The position numbers and the translations under genes were made by a program. Under the pieces are notes generated by a model that was given only the letters and a program-made list of their open reading frames with translations, had not been told where the DNA came from and searched no databases. Positions 27,983-40,366 of a stretch of DNA of 64,000 bases are shown in pieces; position 1 is the stretch's first letter; the number at the start of each line of letters is the position of its first letter. The stretch comes from Balamuthia mandrillaris (lineage: Eukaryota). The stretch covers positions 1 to 64,000 of the forward strand of contig JAVKOQ020000106.1 of NCBI GenBank assembly GCA_031835245.2, given 5' to 3'.

Positions 27983-28182
27983 TCCAAATCTTCTTTTCTT
28001 TTTTCCTTCTCTTTTGTTTTTCCCTTCCACACGTTCACTAACTTTTGGATCTTTGCGTAACTTGCAGATCTCTTGAGTGTTGGTTCTCTCTCCCTCTCCT
28101 TCTCACACCCTCCCTCTCTCTTCCTCTACTCTCTTAAAAATAATAAATATGTCTTCAAAAGCAGCTTCCCTTTTCGTTTCGT

Positions 28183-29005
28183 TTATTCTTTGAGTGCGTG
28201 CGTGGCCGCTAGCTCCTCGCGAACGCTCATCAAGGTCCTGCCCAACATATTCTTTCCAGATCCATCTCCTCCGTCACCCCAATACGAGTCTGATCACAAA
28301 GGCAAGGACAAAAAAAAATGAGTTTGGGTCTCGCCACACACTGGAAGAAGAGGCAGATAGAAACCATTTCGCGTGTGCTCTACAAGTTTGGCGTTGCCGG
28401 TAGCCACGAGCTTGGCTCGTAGGTCCTTGTGTTGGGTGAACTTGGCGACGAGGCATTCCCGCATCACCGAGTCTTTGACCTGCTCCCAGTCGGCGCGAAG
28501 CGGGTGGTGGCGAGACCTGAAGGGGAAGGGGAGCGTGGTGTGTTGGGAAAGAAGGAGAGAGCGAAAGAGGAACAGATAGAGGTTACCTTCCCATGGCCTT
28601 GGCAGTCTTGGGGTCAGGGGCTAACCGGATCTGTTCTTCCCAATCAGTGCCAGCAAACTTTTGGGCCTGAAAATAATGCTCTGTTGTCTTTGTGAGGGAG
28701 AAAAAAACAAAAGCCAACAAAGAGATCAATCATCATCCGAGTCGTCTGTAACGTCCGTCGACTACTACGACAGCCCAAGTGGAATGTGAGAAACCACAAA
28801 AGAAGAAGAAGAAGAAAAGTACCGGCCATTCGCGCTCCCCCAAAAGGATGGGATGCGGCGAAAAGTTGGAAAAGAAGCCATACTTCTCCTTCTCGTTGTA
28901 GAACTGGATGACCCTCTTATCGTTGGGGGCGCTTGTGCCATGCCCTTCCATCTTTTCTCTGCTGTCCCTTTGTGTGTCGCGTCGACGCTGGAAGGACTTT
29001 CTCAT
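28183..29005 (-). CDS. NADAR / YbiA-family N-glycosidase, 4 exons
   Basis: IQFYNEKEKYGFFSNFSPHPI; WP|TTEHYFQAQKF; LRADWEQVKDSVMRECLVAKFTQH; LVEHTRN|DSYWGDGGDGSGKNMLGRTLMSVREEL. Confidence 0.93.
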
Positions 29006-29051
29006 TTACATCATGTCGTCCTGAATTACAATTGGATGACGCAATATTGGC

Positions 29052-29058
29052 TATAAAA
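29052..29058 (+). promoter_or_regulatory. TATA box (TATAAAA) flanked by ATTGG boxes and TGACGCAA
   Basis: Lies upstream of the small ORF at 29171. Confidence 0.45.
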
Positions 29059-29170
29059 GGAAAACAAGATTGGCCCAAATTAAAAAAAACGTTCTAATCG
29101 GTGCAATTTTTATCGTAACAAAAAAAAGCCGAACCTAACCGAGAGCAAGTGTAAAGCAGCATAACATAGG

Positions 29171-29431
29171 ATGCAAGGAAGCAGCCAGCAACACCAGCAG
29201 CACCACGGCCACAAAAGCGAGGCCCACGAGGTGAAGCAAGGCCTGAAGGGCGTCGGAAGGACCTTTGTGGAGACCAACAAGGGCATGGCCCACGCCGTGA
29301 AGCAAGGAGCGCACCAGGCGGACGGCCAAAAGTCAGGGCACGGCCTGAAGAACGCCTTCATTAGCACCAACAAGAGGATGGCCCACACGGTCAAAGATGG
29401 GCTTCACAAAGTGGCTCATGGCGGAAAGTGA
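29171..29431 (+). CDS. Small (86 aa) hydrophilic His/Gly/Lys-rich protein with an internal duplication; LEA/hydrophilin-like
   Basis: GC3-rich codon usage against an AT-rich flank, upstream TATA box, and the repeat pair F(V/I)(E/S)TNK(G/R)MAH(A/T)VK(Q/D)G. Confidence 0.6.
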   Translation: MQGSSQQHQQHHGHKSEAHEVKQGLKGVGRTFVETNKGMAHAVKQGAHQADGQKSGHGLKNAFISTNKRMAHTVKDGLHKVAHGGK

Positions 29432-29831
29432 AACCTAAAGCACGAAAAAAACACAAAAATCCAGCCTTCCCTCTTGCCAACAAAGAGGCAGAGAAGATGA
29501 TTGCAAAGGCTACAAAAACCCAAGAAAAGCAAACTAGCACCAAATATTGTCTTTAAAATCAAAACAATTCTCCGTTTGGTCAATTTTATGGAAAATTCGT
29601 ATAAAACACGCTTTGATCGATCGGGTCCATTGCTGAGCAGCAATTCTGCAGCTAATGTGGTCTCTCAAATATACTCTTTTTTTTTGCGAGAAAGAAGAGA
29701 GAAGAAGAGGGAAAAAATAGAAAAGAGGGAAGCGAAACCACGTAGTGGTGCTTGGTGGCTCTCCCGTTTTTTTTTATTGGGGGCACGACAAGACGGAGGA
29801 GGAGGAGGAAACCACACAAGAACGTCGGAAT

Positions 29832-29895
29832 ATGCATAAGGATGAAACGAACACGCTCCCGTGTTGTGTATGTACTTTTATTTTAAATCCTATTT

Positions 29896-29938
<43 letters not shown>

Positions 29939-30460
29939 CTCTGACGCTTTTCCTTTCTGTTGTCGTTGTCAGTGAACAAGCAGCAACCACAAGCACTGCA
30001 CAGACGAACCGTAGTAAACAGGTGAGCGTGGTTTTCTTCCCACTACGGTGTTGCTTCTTTTCCTTCCTGATATCTGTGTTTGACTTTTCTTGTCGTCTTC
30101 TTTGTTCTTCCTCCCTTCTAGTCGATCTCTGTTGACGTCGACCAGCAGCAAGACGACCAAGACAATGAAATCCGGCTCATACCTCCACGACCACAGGTCA
30201 GCCCTGCCCTTTCTTTTGTTCTTTTGTTTCCTTTGTGTGTTTCTTTGTAAACCACTCTGAAATCTTTCTTCTTCTCTTTAACGGTGTTTTTTTTCGCCGT
30301 AGAACTTCAGCTTCAGTCGGCAAGCGGAAGATGCGGCCCACCACAGCCCTCCTGCTAATTCACTTGTTTCCACACTTTCTACCCTCCGCAAGTTCGGGCT
30401 ACGTAGCCAAAAGGGAAAACCTTGTTCGTTGTGCTCTCTGCTCTCCTTTGTTCTCTCTCT

Positions 30461-30498
<38 letters not shown>

Positions 30499-30571
30499 CT
30501 CTCTCGCCCTTTCTCGCTCTCCTTTCTGCTCCTCCTTCTTTCCGCTTTCTGCGATAGGCCCTTATTTCATC

Positions 30572-30606
<35 letters not shown>

Positions 30607-33600
30607 CTCTCATACACAGCTCTTCGCACCTCTCCAACAAGGAACACCAATGTAGTGCCAACAAGCCCACTCAAGCGGAGGACTGCACCGCCGGCTCACC
30701 GAGACGTGTTTGACAACAGCGGTCTCAATCCTCCTGACTCGTCTTCTTCCTCCTCTATTTTTCCTTCTAGTTCTTCTTGGCACAAAAAGCACGAGCTTGA
30801 GCTTGTGGATGCAAGTCGGAAAAAGCAGTTGAGCCTGATGCGTAACCCTCGTGCTCTTGTGCTTGATGAAAGTGGAGACGAAGAGAAAGAAGACGGAAAG
30901 AAAGATAATAAAGAAGAGGAGGAGGTTGAAGTTGTGGACGAAGAGGAACTTGAAGTTAAGGAGATAAGTAAGCAAGGATCAAACAACATCGATAATGAAG
31001 AAGAAATTGATGAGGTAGAAGAAGCTAGAGAAGAAAAGGAGGAAGAAACAGAGGAAGTGGAAGAAAACGAACCGGAGGAAAGAATGCAAACAAAGAAGGC
31101 AGAGAATGGAAAATTACAAGATAGCAAGAAACGAACCAGAGAAGCCGCTTCTTCTTTTAGCACAACAAAGCAACAACCAAAACCAAAGAAGTATGCAAAG
31201 ATCCTTCGTTTGCTTGTGAGCAAAGAGGAAGACAAAAAGCGAGAAGAAGTACGGAAGAACATCAACAAATCGGAACAGCAAGAACGGAAAGAACTGTTAG
31301 AACTCTCAAATGATGAAGAAAAGGAAGCAAATGGCGAGAAATCGGAGAAACTAAGTGAGAGACAAGAACGAGCAGATGCTACACCAAAAAAGCTGGACGA
31401 TGTCTTTAACTTTACGGAGACAGATAGCAGTCCAGACCTATTGTCAGTCCACGAGAGTGCACCCAAAACATATTCACGAAACCTTCGACCAAGAACCAGG
31501 TATTGCATCTAGTTGGTTTATATTTGTTCTTCTTGTTCTCCTCCTCTCATTTTTTCTTTTGTTATTTGTGTAAACAGATCAAGATACAACAATTTGGCAA
31601 CGACATCCAATCTGGCGATGGATGACTCTGATTACTCTAATTACTATTACAAAGAACCGAAACGGTCAGTGCAAAGCAAGCCCGTTATCATTGATCTTTC
31701 TGACGACGAAGATGGCAAAGGTAACGTTGTTTAATCGCTTTATTCACTCAATCTCTTATCTGAAATATTAACCAACAACATCAAAGATCAAATTAACGAA
31801 GAAGAAGAAGAGCAGCAAAAACAAGCCGCCAAGCTACTAAAACCCAGGTTTGGACAGAACCCGAAGTTTCTCATCTCATGCATCTATTTTGGGACGCATT
31901 TCTATCGACCGGAATCACCCACCTTTTTCGAGTTTCACTGTGACAGCGTGGAGTTCAAGATGAAAGACCTTCATACCAAAGAGAGTGTTAGTCTATGCAT
32001 CGAATTCCATCAGATTCGTGAAGTGGTGGTATGTTATTTTTCTCTTATCTTTGCGTTCGTTCTCTTCTCTTCTCCTTCTCTCTCGTTAACGATGTATTTT
32101 AGTGGTGTTGTGGACCAAAAGAACGGTTTGTGGCGTTGCGAACAGAACAAAAGTTGGAAGTTGACAAAAAGGGAACGTGTTACGACCCAAAATCCAAAAG
32201 TAAGGAACATTATTCCCGTTTTATTTTTGTAATATAATGTTCATTGTTCTAACTTATTTGTTTTTGTTCCTTCATCCATCTGATTTATAGTACAATGTCG
32301 GAATTATATAGCGATTATGGCAGCACAAGCGGAGTGCTTTGATGAAGCCTATGCCCACGCGATGAAGAAACACAGCCAACAATTACCCTTTAAACTTATA
32401 CAGTAAAACTCTCCTCCCTTTTCTTTGATTTTTTTTTGAGCTCATTTTTTAATTTTGTATCCACAGAGATGATGAGGCATCGCGTTATCTTGGTGTAGAG
32501 CGGGTATCTCTTCCTGCAAAATCCAATGGCTCTCTTTTTGAGTACGTCTACTCCTCTGTTTCTCTATTTTAGTTTTAGTGCCATTCTGAAGAAAGAACAA
32601 AAAAAAAAAAAACAAAACAAAAACAAAAAAGTCGGTCACGGACACCAACAAAAACCATATTAGTATATCCGCCACCACCAAACGACAAGGACGCGATAAC
32701 GCTAACCGCTGCAGACGTGGCTCGCTTGGAACCGATGGAGCTGCTGAACGATAACATCATCGAATTTTATTTGAAGCATCTTCAACTGAACTCGCGCTCC
32801 TCTGTGAACATTGCGGATCAGTGTTACTTTTATAATACTTTTTTTTGGCCAAAGCTAAATACCTGCGGCAGAGACAAGGAGAAGATTTTGAAGTGGACCA
32901 AGAACGTTGACATTTTTTCGAAACGTTTTCTCATTATCCCTATCAACGAAAGGTTCTTTTGTCTTGCTTTCTTGTCGTTTCTTTCTTTCTGTTTGCACTC
33001 TGCTTGTTCATAACTGTTGCCTTTGAAACTGACTTCTTATTCTTGTGTTATTTTCAAAAGTGCTCATTGGAATGTTATTATTGTATGTAATATCTGCTCA
33101 ATGGCAAAGATTAAGGAGCCGGAAGATGTGGAAAAGCTACCACTTGAGGAGCGGCCTTGTCTCTTGTACATGTGTTCGCTGCACCTCAACAACTATTCCG
33201 TCACCAGAAAAGTTAAAGAGTGCGTTACTTTCTTTGTCGTTTCTTGTCGTTCCCTTCTCTCTCGCTCTCTCTCTTTCTTTCTGGTCATTGCTTCTGTTTT
33301 ACAGATCCTCAAACCGGGTATCATTATTATTTTAAATGTGCTATAGGTATTTAAAATTTGAGTGGGAACATCGGATAATTCGTGGCCAGAAGGGAGAGCC
33401 TACTCACTGGACGAAAAAGGTTTTGCCTAGCCTCTATCCAACGGTTCGTTATCTACTTTTCTTTCTTCTTTTTTTTTCCTCCACCAACAAGTAACAAATG
33501 AAAAACAATCAGGTGCCTCTGCAAGAGAATGGTGTGGATTGTGGGGTCTTCTTATTACACTTTGTGGAAAAGTTTTTAATGGATCCACCACCCTCTTTTG

Positions 33601-34249
33601 ACAGCGAATCCTTGATGAAAAGAGTACTGTCCCTTTCGCCCCCTTCAACTCTTTCCTTCTTTTCTTCCATGGTGTGTGTTTTTTTTCTGCTTGGCTCTAA
33701 CAAATATGCAGTTTTCAGGGGAATGGTTTCCTCTGACGGACATTCAAGAAAAGCGAGCGGCCGTCAAAGCGTTGATCGAACGGCTGAAAGCGCAATGCAA
33801 TCCCCTTTCCTCTTCTGATGAGGAAGCAGAAGAAGAGGAGGAAAAAGAAAGAGAAACGGAGAAAGAACAAGAAGATGATCAGAAGCTAAAAAACGAGAAG
33901 GAGGAGGGAGAAGAGGAGGAGGAAGGAGAAGAGACCACAAGCAAGAAAAAACGGAGAGAAGAAACGGATGAGAGAGTCAAGCAACGAAATCAGTGGGCGA
34001 AGAACATGTCGCTGAACCACCACAAAACGACAGAGCTGCTGGAAAGACGAATGAAGGGACCTCCCCTCCCTTCTTCTGCTGTTACTTCGTCTTCTTCTTT
34101 CGTGCCAATGAATGAGGAAAACGAAGCTGAAAAGAAAGAGAAAAGGAAAGATAAAGAGGGAGAGCGAACGGAAGAGCTTCGGCCTCTTGTTGCTGCACAA
34201 AAACCAAAATTAGAAGAAGAAGAGGAAGAGGAGGAAGAAGTACTACAGA

Positions 34250-34283
<34 letters not shown>

Positions 34284-34881
34284 CATGGATGAAGAAGAGA
34301 AGAAAGAAGAAACCAAAGAAAAACAAAATCCTATAGTGGAGAAGATAGACATAGACGAAGAAAGAGAGGAGAATGAAGAGGAGGAAGAGGAAGAGGAAGA
34401 AGACTATCAACTGCACTCTCAAATATTAGGAACAGTGGAACTAGGTTCAGATGATCCTCTCTCAGAAGAGATGGAGTTGATGGCAATAGCAACGGATGAG
34501 ACTTCCCCACAGGATGCAGCGATTGCAGCTGCCGTTGTAACGGCGGAAAAAGGAGGAGCTCCGTTGAGCCAAATCTTGGACTTGTTCTCCCAACAAAGTC
34601 AAATGAAACAACACAACGGACAAGTTAGTAGAAGTGAAGAGGAGGAGGAAGAAATTAGCGAAGCATCAGAACACAAACAACAAGAAGATGATGGAGATGA
34701 GGAAGCAGAACGAGAATTGGAGTATACAGAAAAGAAGAATGAACGGCGGAAAACTAACACCCCCAAACAGAAAGGTAGAGGAGGAAGAGGGAGAGGAAGT
34801 AAGCGGCCGAGAAAGAGGGGAGGAACCGGAACAGCGGCAGATCCCGTTTGGATCAATTCTCAACTATCACAAGAAAGTTAG
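29832..34881 (+). CDS. ULP2/SENP6/7-like SUMO protease (peptidase C48), multi-exon; 5' end uncertain
   Basis: ILVYPPPP..DAITLTAADVARLEPMELLNDNIIEFYLK; FYNTFFWPKL; KWTKNVDIFSKRFLIIPINE|SAHW; PCLLYMCSL; VPLQENGVDCGVFLLHFVEKF. Confidence 0.9.
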
Positions 34882-34919
34882 CTTTTCCTTAAACACTCAT
34901 CTTGTAAGTACATCTTTCT

Positions 34920-36378
34920 TCAGTGTCTATCCCATGGCGTTACGTAAGCGGCATCCAATAAGTTCTCTTCGATAAAATCACGCAGCTCCTTCAACTCGCT
35001 CTTGGAGAGAGGTACTTCTGCTTGTGCTGCTGGACTATCCAAAACTGTTTTTTGTTGTGAGAGAAGAAAACAAGAAGAAATGAGGAGGGAAAGAAGAAGC
35101 AACGAAGAAGAAGAAACAAAGAGGAAAAAACCTTTTAAGCACTTTCGGAGGAGACCGCGATTGCGCTGGCGGGAGAAGAGGAGGGGAAACATGGCGGATC
35201 CTTCCCATAGATACACCAAGGCCAGGCTTTGGTCTACCGGGCCTACAAAAGGAAACATGTTAACTTTATGCTGATCATTTGCAACGACATGTTCTTACTT
35301 TCGAGCCAATGCTCTATCACCGGGAGAATGATCTGAAAGCCTTCCTCTATTGTGAAAACACAACGAGGTTAGTTGCACGAACATCAGAAAAGTATAGACA
35401 AGAACAAACCAGATAATTGGCGGAACTTGGAGGAAGTGACGCTGCGCAACATTTCTTGTAGGTACTCAGCGTGAATGTTTTCCTTATACGACAATACCAC
35501 ATCGTTGAAGTTCTCTTCATCTTCGTGTTGTTGGGGTTCATCGATGGAACTAATCACAGCGAGTCCGGGTGTTTCAGGAACGAGGTCAACGTCAAGCGTC
35601 CTGACGGACGTTGATGGAATGGGAGAAGCTATGCCTGGAGTTGGCTTCGAGATATGAGGAGTTTCCGGCACTGAGCTGCGCGCAATGGTACGACAAGAAG
35701 AAGAGGATTGCTGTGAGGCCATTCCTTGACGTGATTGTGGACGAGGTGCATGTTCGGAGCCAGTTCGATTCGACGACAAAGCGGGAGTGAGTTCTGAATG
35801 TTTCAACAAAGAGCTTTGTGTGTTTGAGAAGAGAGAATGAGAATGGAGAAGGGAGAGGGCAAGGAGGAAGAGAGATACTTGTCTGAAAACAGTTCAGGGT
35901 TTTCCTCGGCCTCAATCCTGAAGGTGGACGTTCCTGTTTGCTCTTGAATGATCTCCGCCAGGCGGTTGATACCCGATATGATTCGTTTCAAGTTGGCGTG
36001 GTGCTAGTTGTTTGTGAGACATGCGAAATACATCAAACAACCCGCTCGATGGACAAATGGAAAAACGAAGAGAATGCCGATAGTACCTGATGATGCCAAC
36101 GATAACTGAAAGATGATTCGGTTAACAAGAGTTCGTAGGGTGGCAAAAAGGTGTTCAGAAGCACTTACCTTACTTCCTGGTAGTTCATCAATCGTTCGTT
36201 TTGGATGTGCACAGCTGTTTTTTTCAAAAAAAACCTTTCAGTCATTTTGAGCGGAACGAAAGGGAGAGAATAGCTGTTGGTACTTTTTAAAGCCACCTTG
36301 ATGGTCTCGAGCTGCTGTTCCACATCAGTGCTACCACCGCCGCTGCAGCCTTTCTCCTCTTGCTTGCCCGATGGCTTA

Positions 36379-36383
<5 letters not shown>
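34920..36383 (-). CDS. Hypothetical protein, about 7 exons including a 19-nt micro-exon
   Basis: The exons splice in frame: MSKPSGKQEE...NYQEVS|YRWHHQ|HHANLKRII...|...LRDFIEENLLDAAYVTPWDRH*. No family recognised. Confidence 0.6.
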
Positions 36384-36427
<44 letters not shown>

Positions 36428-36783
36428 TTGCTTTGCTCCGAATGGCTTGCTCACTACCGATTTGCTTCTCTTTTTTTTTTGCGTTTATGTTTATTTCCTG
36501 CCAACAAAAAAAAAATGAAACAAAAAACGTAGCGGGGCTGTTCTTCATTTTTGAGGCTCTTCCCTCTTACATATCCTTCCCTTGGAGGGGTGTTAGGGGG
36601 AGGGGAGAAAAGAGGACGGGGAAGGGGCACCTTGTTTCTTTCAGCGGGGCGGAAACCTCGCCCCAAACGATGGTTGGATGGTTGGGCTGTTTTTGGCGGG
36701 AAAGTCTAAAATCATTCCAAGAAAAAAAAATTTAACGTTCACTCACGTTTTTTCTGCAGAAGAAGAAGGAACAAACGGCAACG

Positions 36784-36818
<35 letters not shown>

Positions 36819-36854
36819 GAAGGTGTGAGAGACTCGAAGTAGAAGAAGAAGAAG

Positions 36855-37676
36855 ATGGGCATCAAAGGGTTAACGCAGCTGTTGGGCGATAACTGCCCAG
36901 AAGCCGTCAAGGAGAACGAGGTCAAGAACTACTTTGGCAGGAAGGTGGCCATTGACGCCTCCATGGCCCTCTACGCCTTCCTCATCGCCGTTCGAACGGA
37001 GACCAGCATTTGGCTGACCGATCAAGCCGGAGAGACTACCAGGTACCTATTTTTTTCTTCCTTCTTTTTCTTCTTAACGCTGATCGTACGTTTTTTACCC
37101 TTAACAAGTCACTTGATGGGAATGTGGTCTCGTTCTTTACGTTTGATCAGCTACGGCCTGAAGCCCATCTACGTTTTCGACGGCAAAGCACCCACCATGA
37201 AGGCCGATGAGCTCAAGAAACGCTCCGAGAAGAAGCGGGAAGCTCAGGCCAGTCTGGACGAGGCCAAGGAGACGGGCGATCAGGACGCCGTGCGAAAGTT
37301 GCAGAAGCGCACCATTCACGTCACCAAGAAGCACACTGACGAGAGCAAGAAGCTATTGAGGCTGATGGGCATCCCTGTGGTAGAGGCTCCCTGCGAGGCG
37401 GAGGCTCAGTGCGCGGCTCTCTGCAGGGCTGGCAAGGTCTGGGCTACTGGCACGGAGGACATGGACGCTCTGACCTTTGGCACACCCATTCTGTTGCGGC
37501 ACTTGAACTACAGCGAGGCGCAGAAGAAGCCCATCAAGGAGATTTACTTGGATAGGGCGCTGCAAGGCTTGGGTTTGTCCATGGATGAGTTTATCGACTT
37601 TTGTATCCTCTGCGGCTGCGACTATTGTGATACCATCAAAGGTGAGTGCTTTGAGCCGTTGAATTTTCACCCTTCG

Positions 37677-37713
<37 letters not shown>

Positions 37714-38626
37714 ACAATAATACGCGAATAAGAGGCCTGAACAGAGCAAGAGATAAAGCGTCCATTAACACACTCTCTCTCTCCCTCCCCCCCTCCCTTT
37801 CTGCAAAGGTATTGGACCAAAGACAGCCCTGAAGCTGATCAAAAAGCACAGAACCATTGAAGCTGTTCTAAAGACATTAGACCCAAAGAAGCAACCCATC
37901 CCCGAGAACTTCAATTACGAAGGAGCCCGAGAGCTGTTCAAACAACCGGAAATCACAAACCCAGATGAGATCGAGCTCAAATGGACAGAGCCCGATGAAG
38001 AAGGCTTACTTCAATTCTTGGTGGTGGAGAAGGGCTTCAACGAGGACAGAGTGAGAAAGGGCATTGCCAAACTCAAGAAACTAAAGGGCGGAGCAGTGCA
38101 GGGAAGATTAGACTCCTTCTTTGGTGCTCCCAAGAGGAAAACTCTCCTCTCTTCTGCAACTGCAAGTGCGAAGAACAGCGTAAAAGCAGAAGTTAAAGAA
38201 GAAGGAGAAGCCAAAGGAAAAGGAAAGGAGAAGGAAGAAAAGGGTGTGGATGAGGATGATGATGACGATGATGAAGAGGAAGAAGCTATTGCTCTCTCCG
38301 ATGCAACCAAGTCAGAGACAGAAGAATCAGAGGGAGAGGGCGGCTCAACGACACAGAAAATAGGAACGGCAACCGTTGTTCCTGATGCGGCCGTTGGCTC
38401 GAAGCGTAAACGCCCCTTACATCCATTCTTCCAAAGAACACTAGCCGCAGCAAGTAAACAACATTCGCAACCACAGCAACTATCAAAAATTAAAACCGAA
38501 CTGGTCAAAACAGAGAAACAGGAGCACGAGGAAGAGAATGAAGAACAGCAAAACAGCGAGCAACCAGCAAAGAGACAACGTAAACGCCCGCGAGTCATCA
38601 AGGAAGAAGACGAAGAAGACGATTGA
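36855..38626 (+). CDS. FEN1: Flap endonuclease 1 (exons 36855-37042, 37109-37641, 37809-38626)
   Basis: [73 protein letters not shown] box QGRLDSFF. Confidence 0.97.
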
Positions 38627-38892
38627 ACAACAGAAGCTACAACAGAGAGAAAAGAGTTTGTTTTCTTTTTCCTGCGAGTAAATGAGAGCAAAAACAAAAG
38701 CATTCAATATGTATCCGATGATGGCGCTGAGTGCAGTTCCTAGCCGGAAGGACAAGAGGACACCTCGCTGAAAGGCAATCCCAAATTATTTACACACTGG
38801 CATTTATTCATTCCCGCATTTACATCATGCCAAGACCTGCTTTAACGCCTTCTTCGTCTCCTTCTCAGTTGTTTTTTAAGAAACTCATGGTA

Positions 38893-39555
38893 TCACGTTT
38901 GTTCGTCGGCCGCAGAAGCTGATAAAAAGGGCGGTTGGTCGTCAATGTTGTTTGTGGATTGGTAATTCATAAGTTCTTCTTCACTTCCACTTGTTTCTTT
39001 GCTCTCTATTGAGCATTGCTCTTGGTCGTTAATCTTCTGTTCCCCTTCTTCTCCGTCATCATCGTCGCTTTCCATCACCACAAATCGTTGCAACCGACGC
39101 ATCAACATTTCCACTTCTTCCACATTCATCTCTTTTGCGTTCTTTTCTTGAAGTGTTCGCATCATCTTCTCATCATCCACTTCTTCCTCTTTCTTTGCTA
39201 AGTTTTGTGTGAAGGAAAGCAAAGTTTGAGTGCCGCGATGCTTCTGGAAAGGCTCCGAAAGTAAGCGATGTTGCGAGACGGTCAAACATTTGCCCGTCTT
39301 TTTCATGTATACCCAACTTTTCTCTCCTTCGTCATCGTCTTCCTCGGACTCGCTCTCTCGGTCATAGTCATCCAAATCCATTTCTTTTTGTTGATGTGCT
39401 TTTCGTTTCTTATCTTCTTCTTCTTGTTCTTTTTTATCTTGTTCGTTCATCAGTTCGTTAAAAGCTTTTGGATCTTGTAATCCTCTTTTTAAGTGTTTGG
39501 TAATAGCAAACAAAATGTAAGAGAGGAAACAAAGAAAAAGGAAAACAAACAGCAA

Positions 39556-39586
<31 letters not shown>

Positions 39587-40335
39587 AGAAGAAGAAGAAG
39601 AAGAAGAAGAAGGGAAGAGGGAGAAGACTGTTAAATAAAGAAGGAAGAACATACAGCTGAAAGTCTTGAGGACTGATGTCCAGCACAGAAGGACCAATGT
39701 TTTCGATGAAAGACATGGCCGACAGGAAGTTGATAAAATAATAACTTGGCTCAGAAAGCATGCGAGAGGAATGCCGGAAGTGCAGAATATATCTTCACCA
39801 ATATGAATAAAACGATTAATAGACAGTAACAACTGAAGGACAAACAAGAGACGGTAAAGAAGGAAGAGGAGAGCGCGAGAAGAAATACTGACTTCATGTT
39901 CGAATGCAGAAACGGAGGATTTGCTCGTAGAATAAGGAAGATGAGAGCGGGAAGAAAGTCATCAGCGCCAGGAAGGTCGTTCTTGGAACAAAAGGTCCTC
40001 AACACACTCAACACGCCTTTGCTGCACCGCAGCAAACACGCCAGCTTTTCTTGCGGCGTTCTCTTTGAATTCATCATAAATAGTTCTGCAGATACCACAG
40101 CATAAGAACAAGGACAAGACGCAAAAGGACAAGAAGAGCATGCACCTTCTTTAGCAGAGTCCCAAAGACCAACGTCATCGTAGCTTCTTGGAAGGGACAA
40201 ATGGCGTGGTCTTAAAAACTGTAACCGAAAAATCTTGTCATGTAAAGCTTCATCTTGTGCAACTGCTTCCTCCGTTGCTAGAAATAGTCTTTCGACGTAA
40301 ACATTTGTTTATCAGTTCCCAAGAAAACGAAAACC

Positions 40336-40366
<31 letters not shown>

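Larger units (their letters stand above)
27430..28150 (+). ncRNA. Spliced non-coding snoRNA host gene (4 exons, no ATG in the exons)
   Basis: GT-AG introns at 27462-27518, about 27566-27816 and 27851-28067 (branch point CACTAAC at 28036); AATAAA at 28142. Introns 2 and 3 each contain a C/D snoRNA. Confidence 0.65.
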
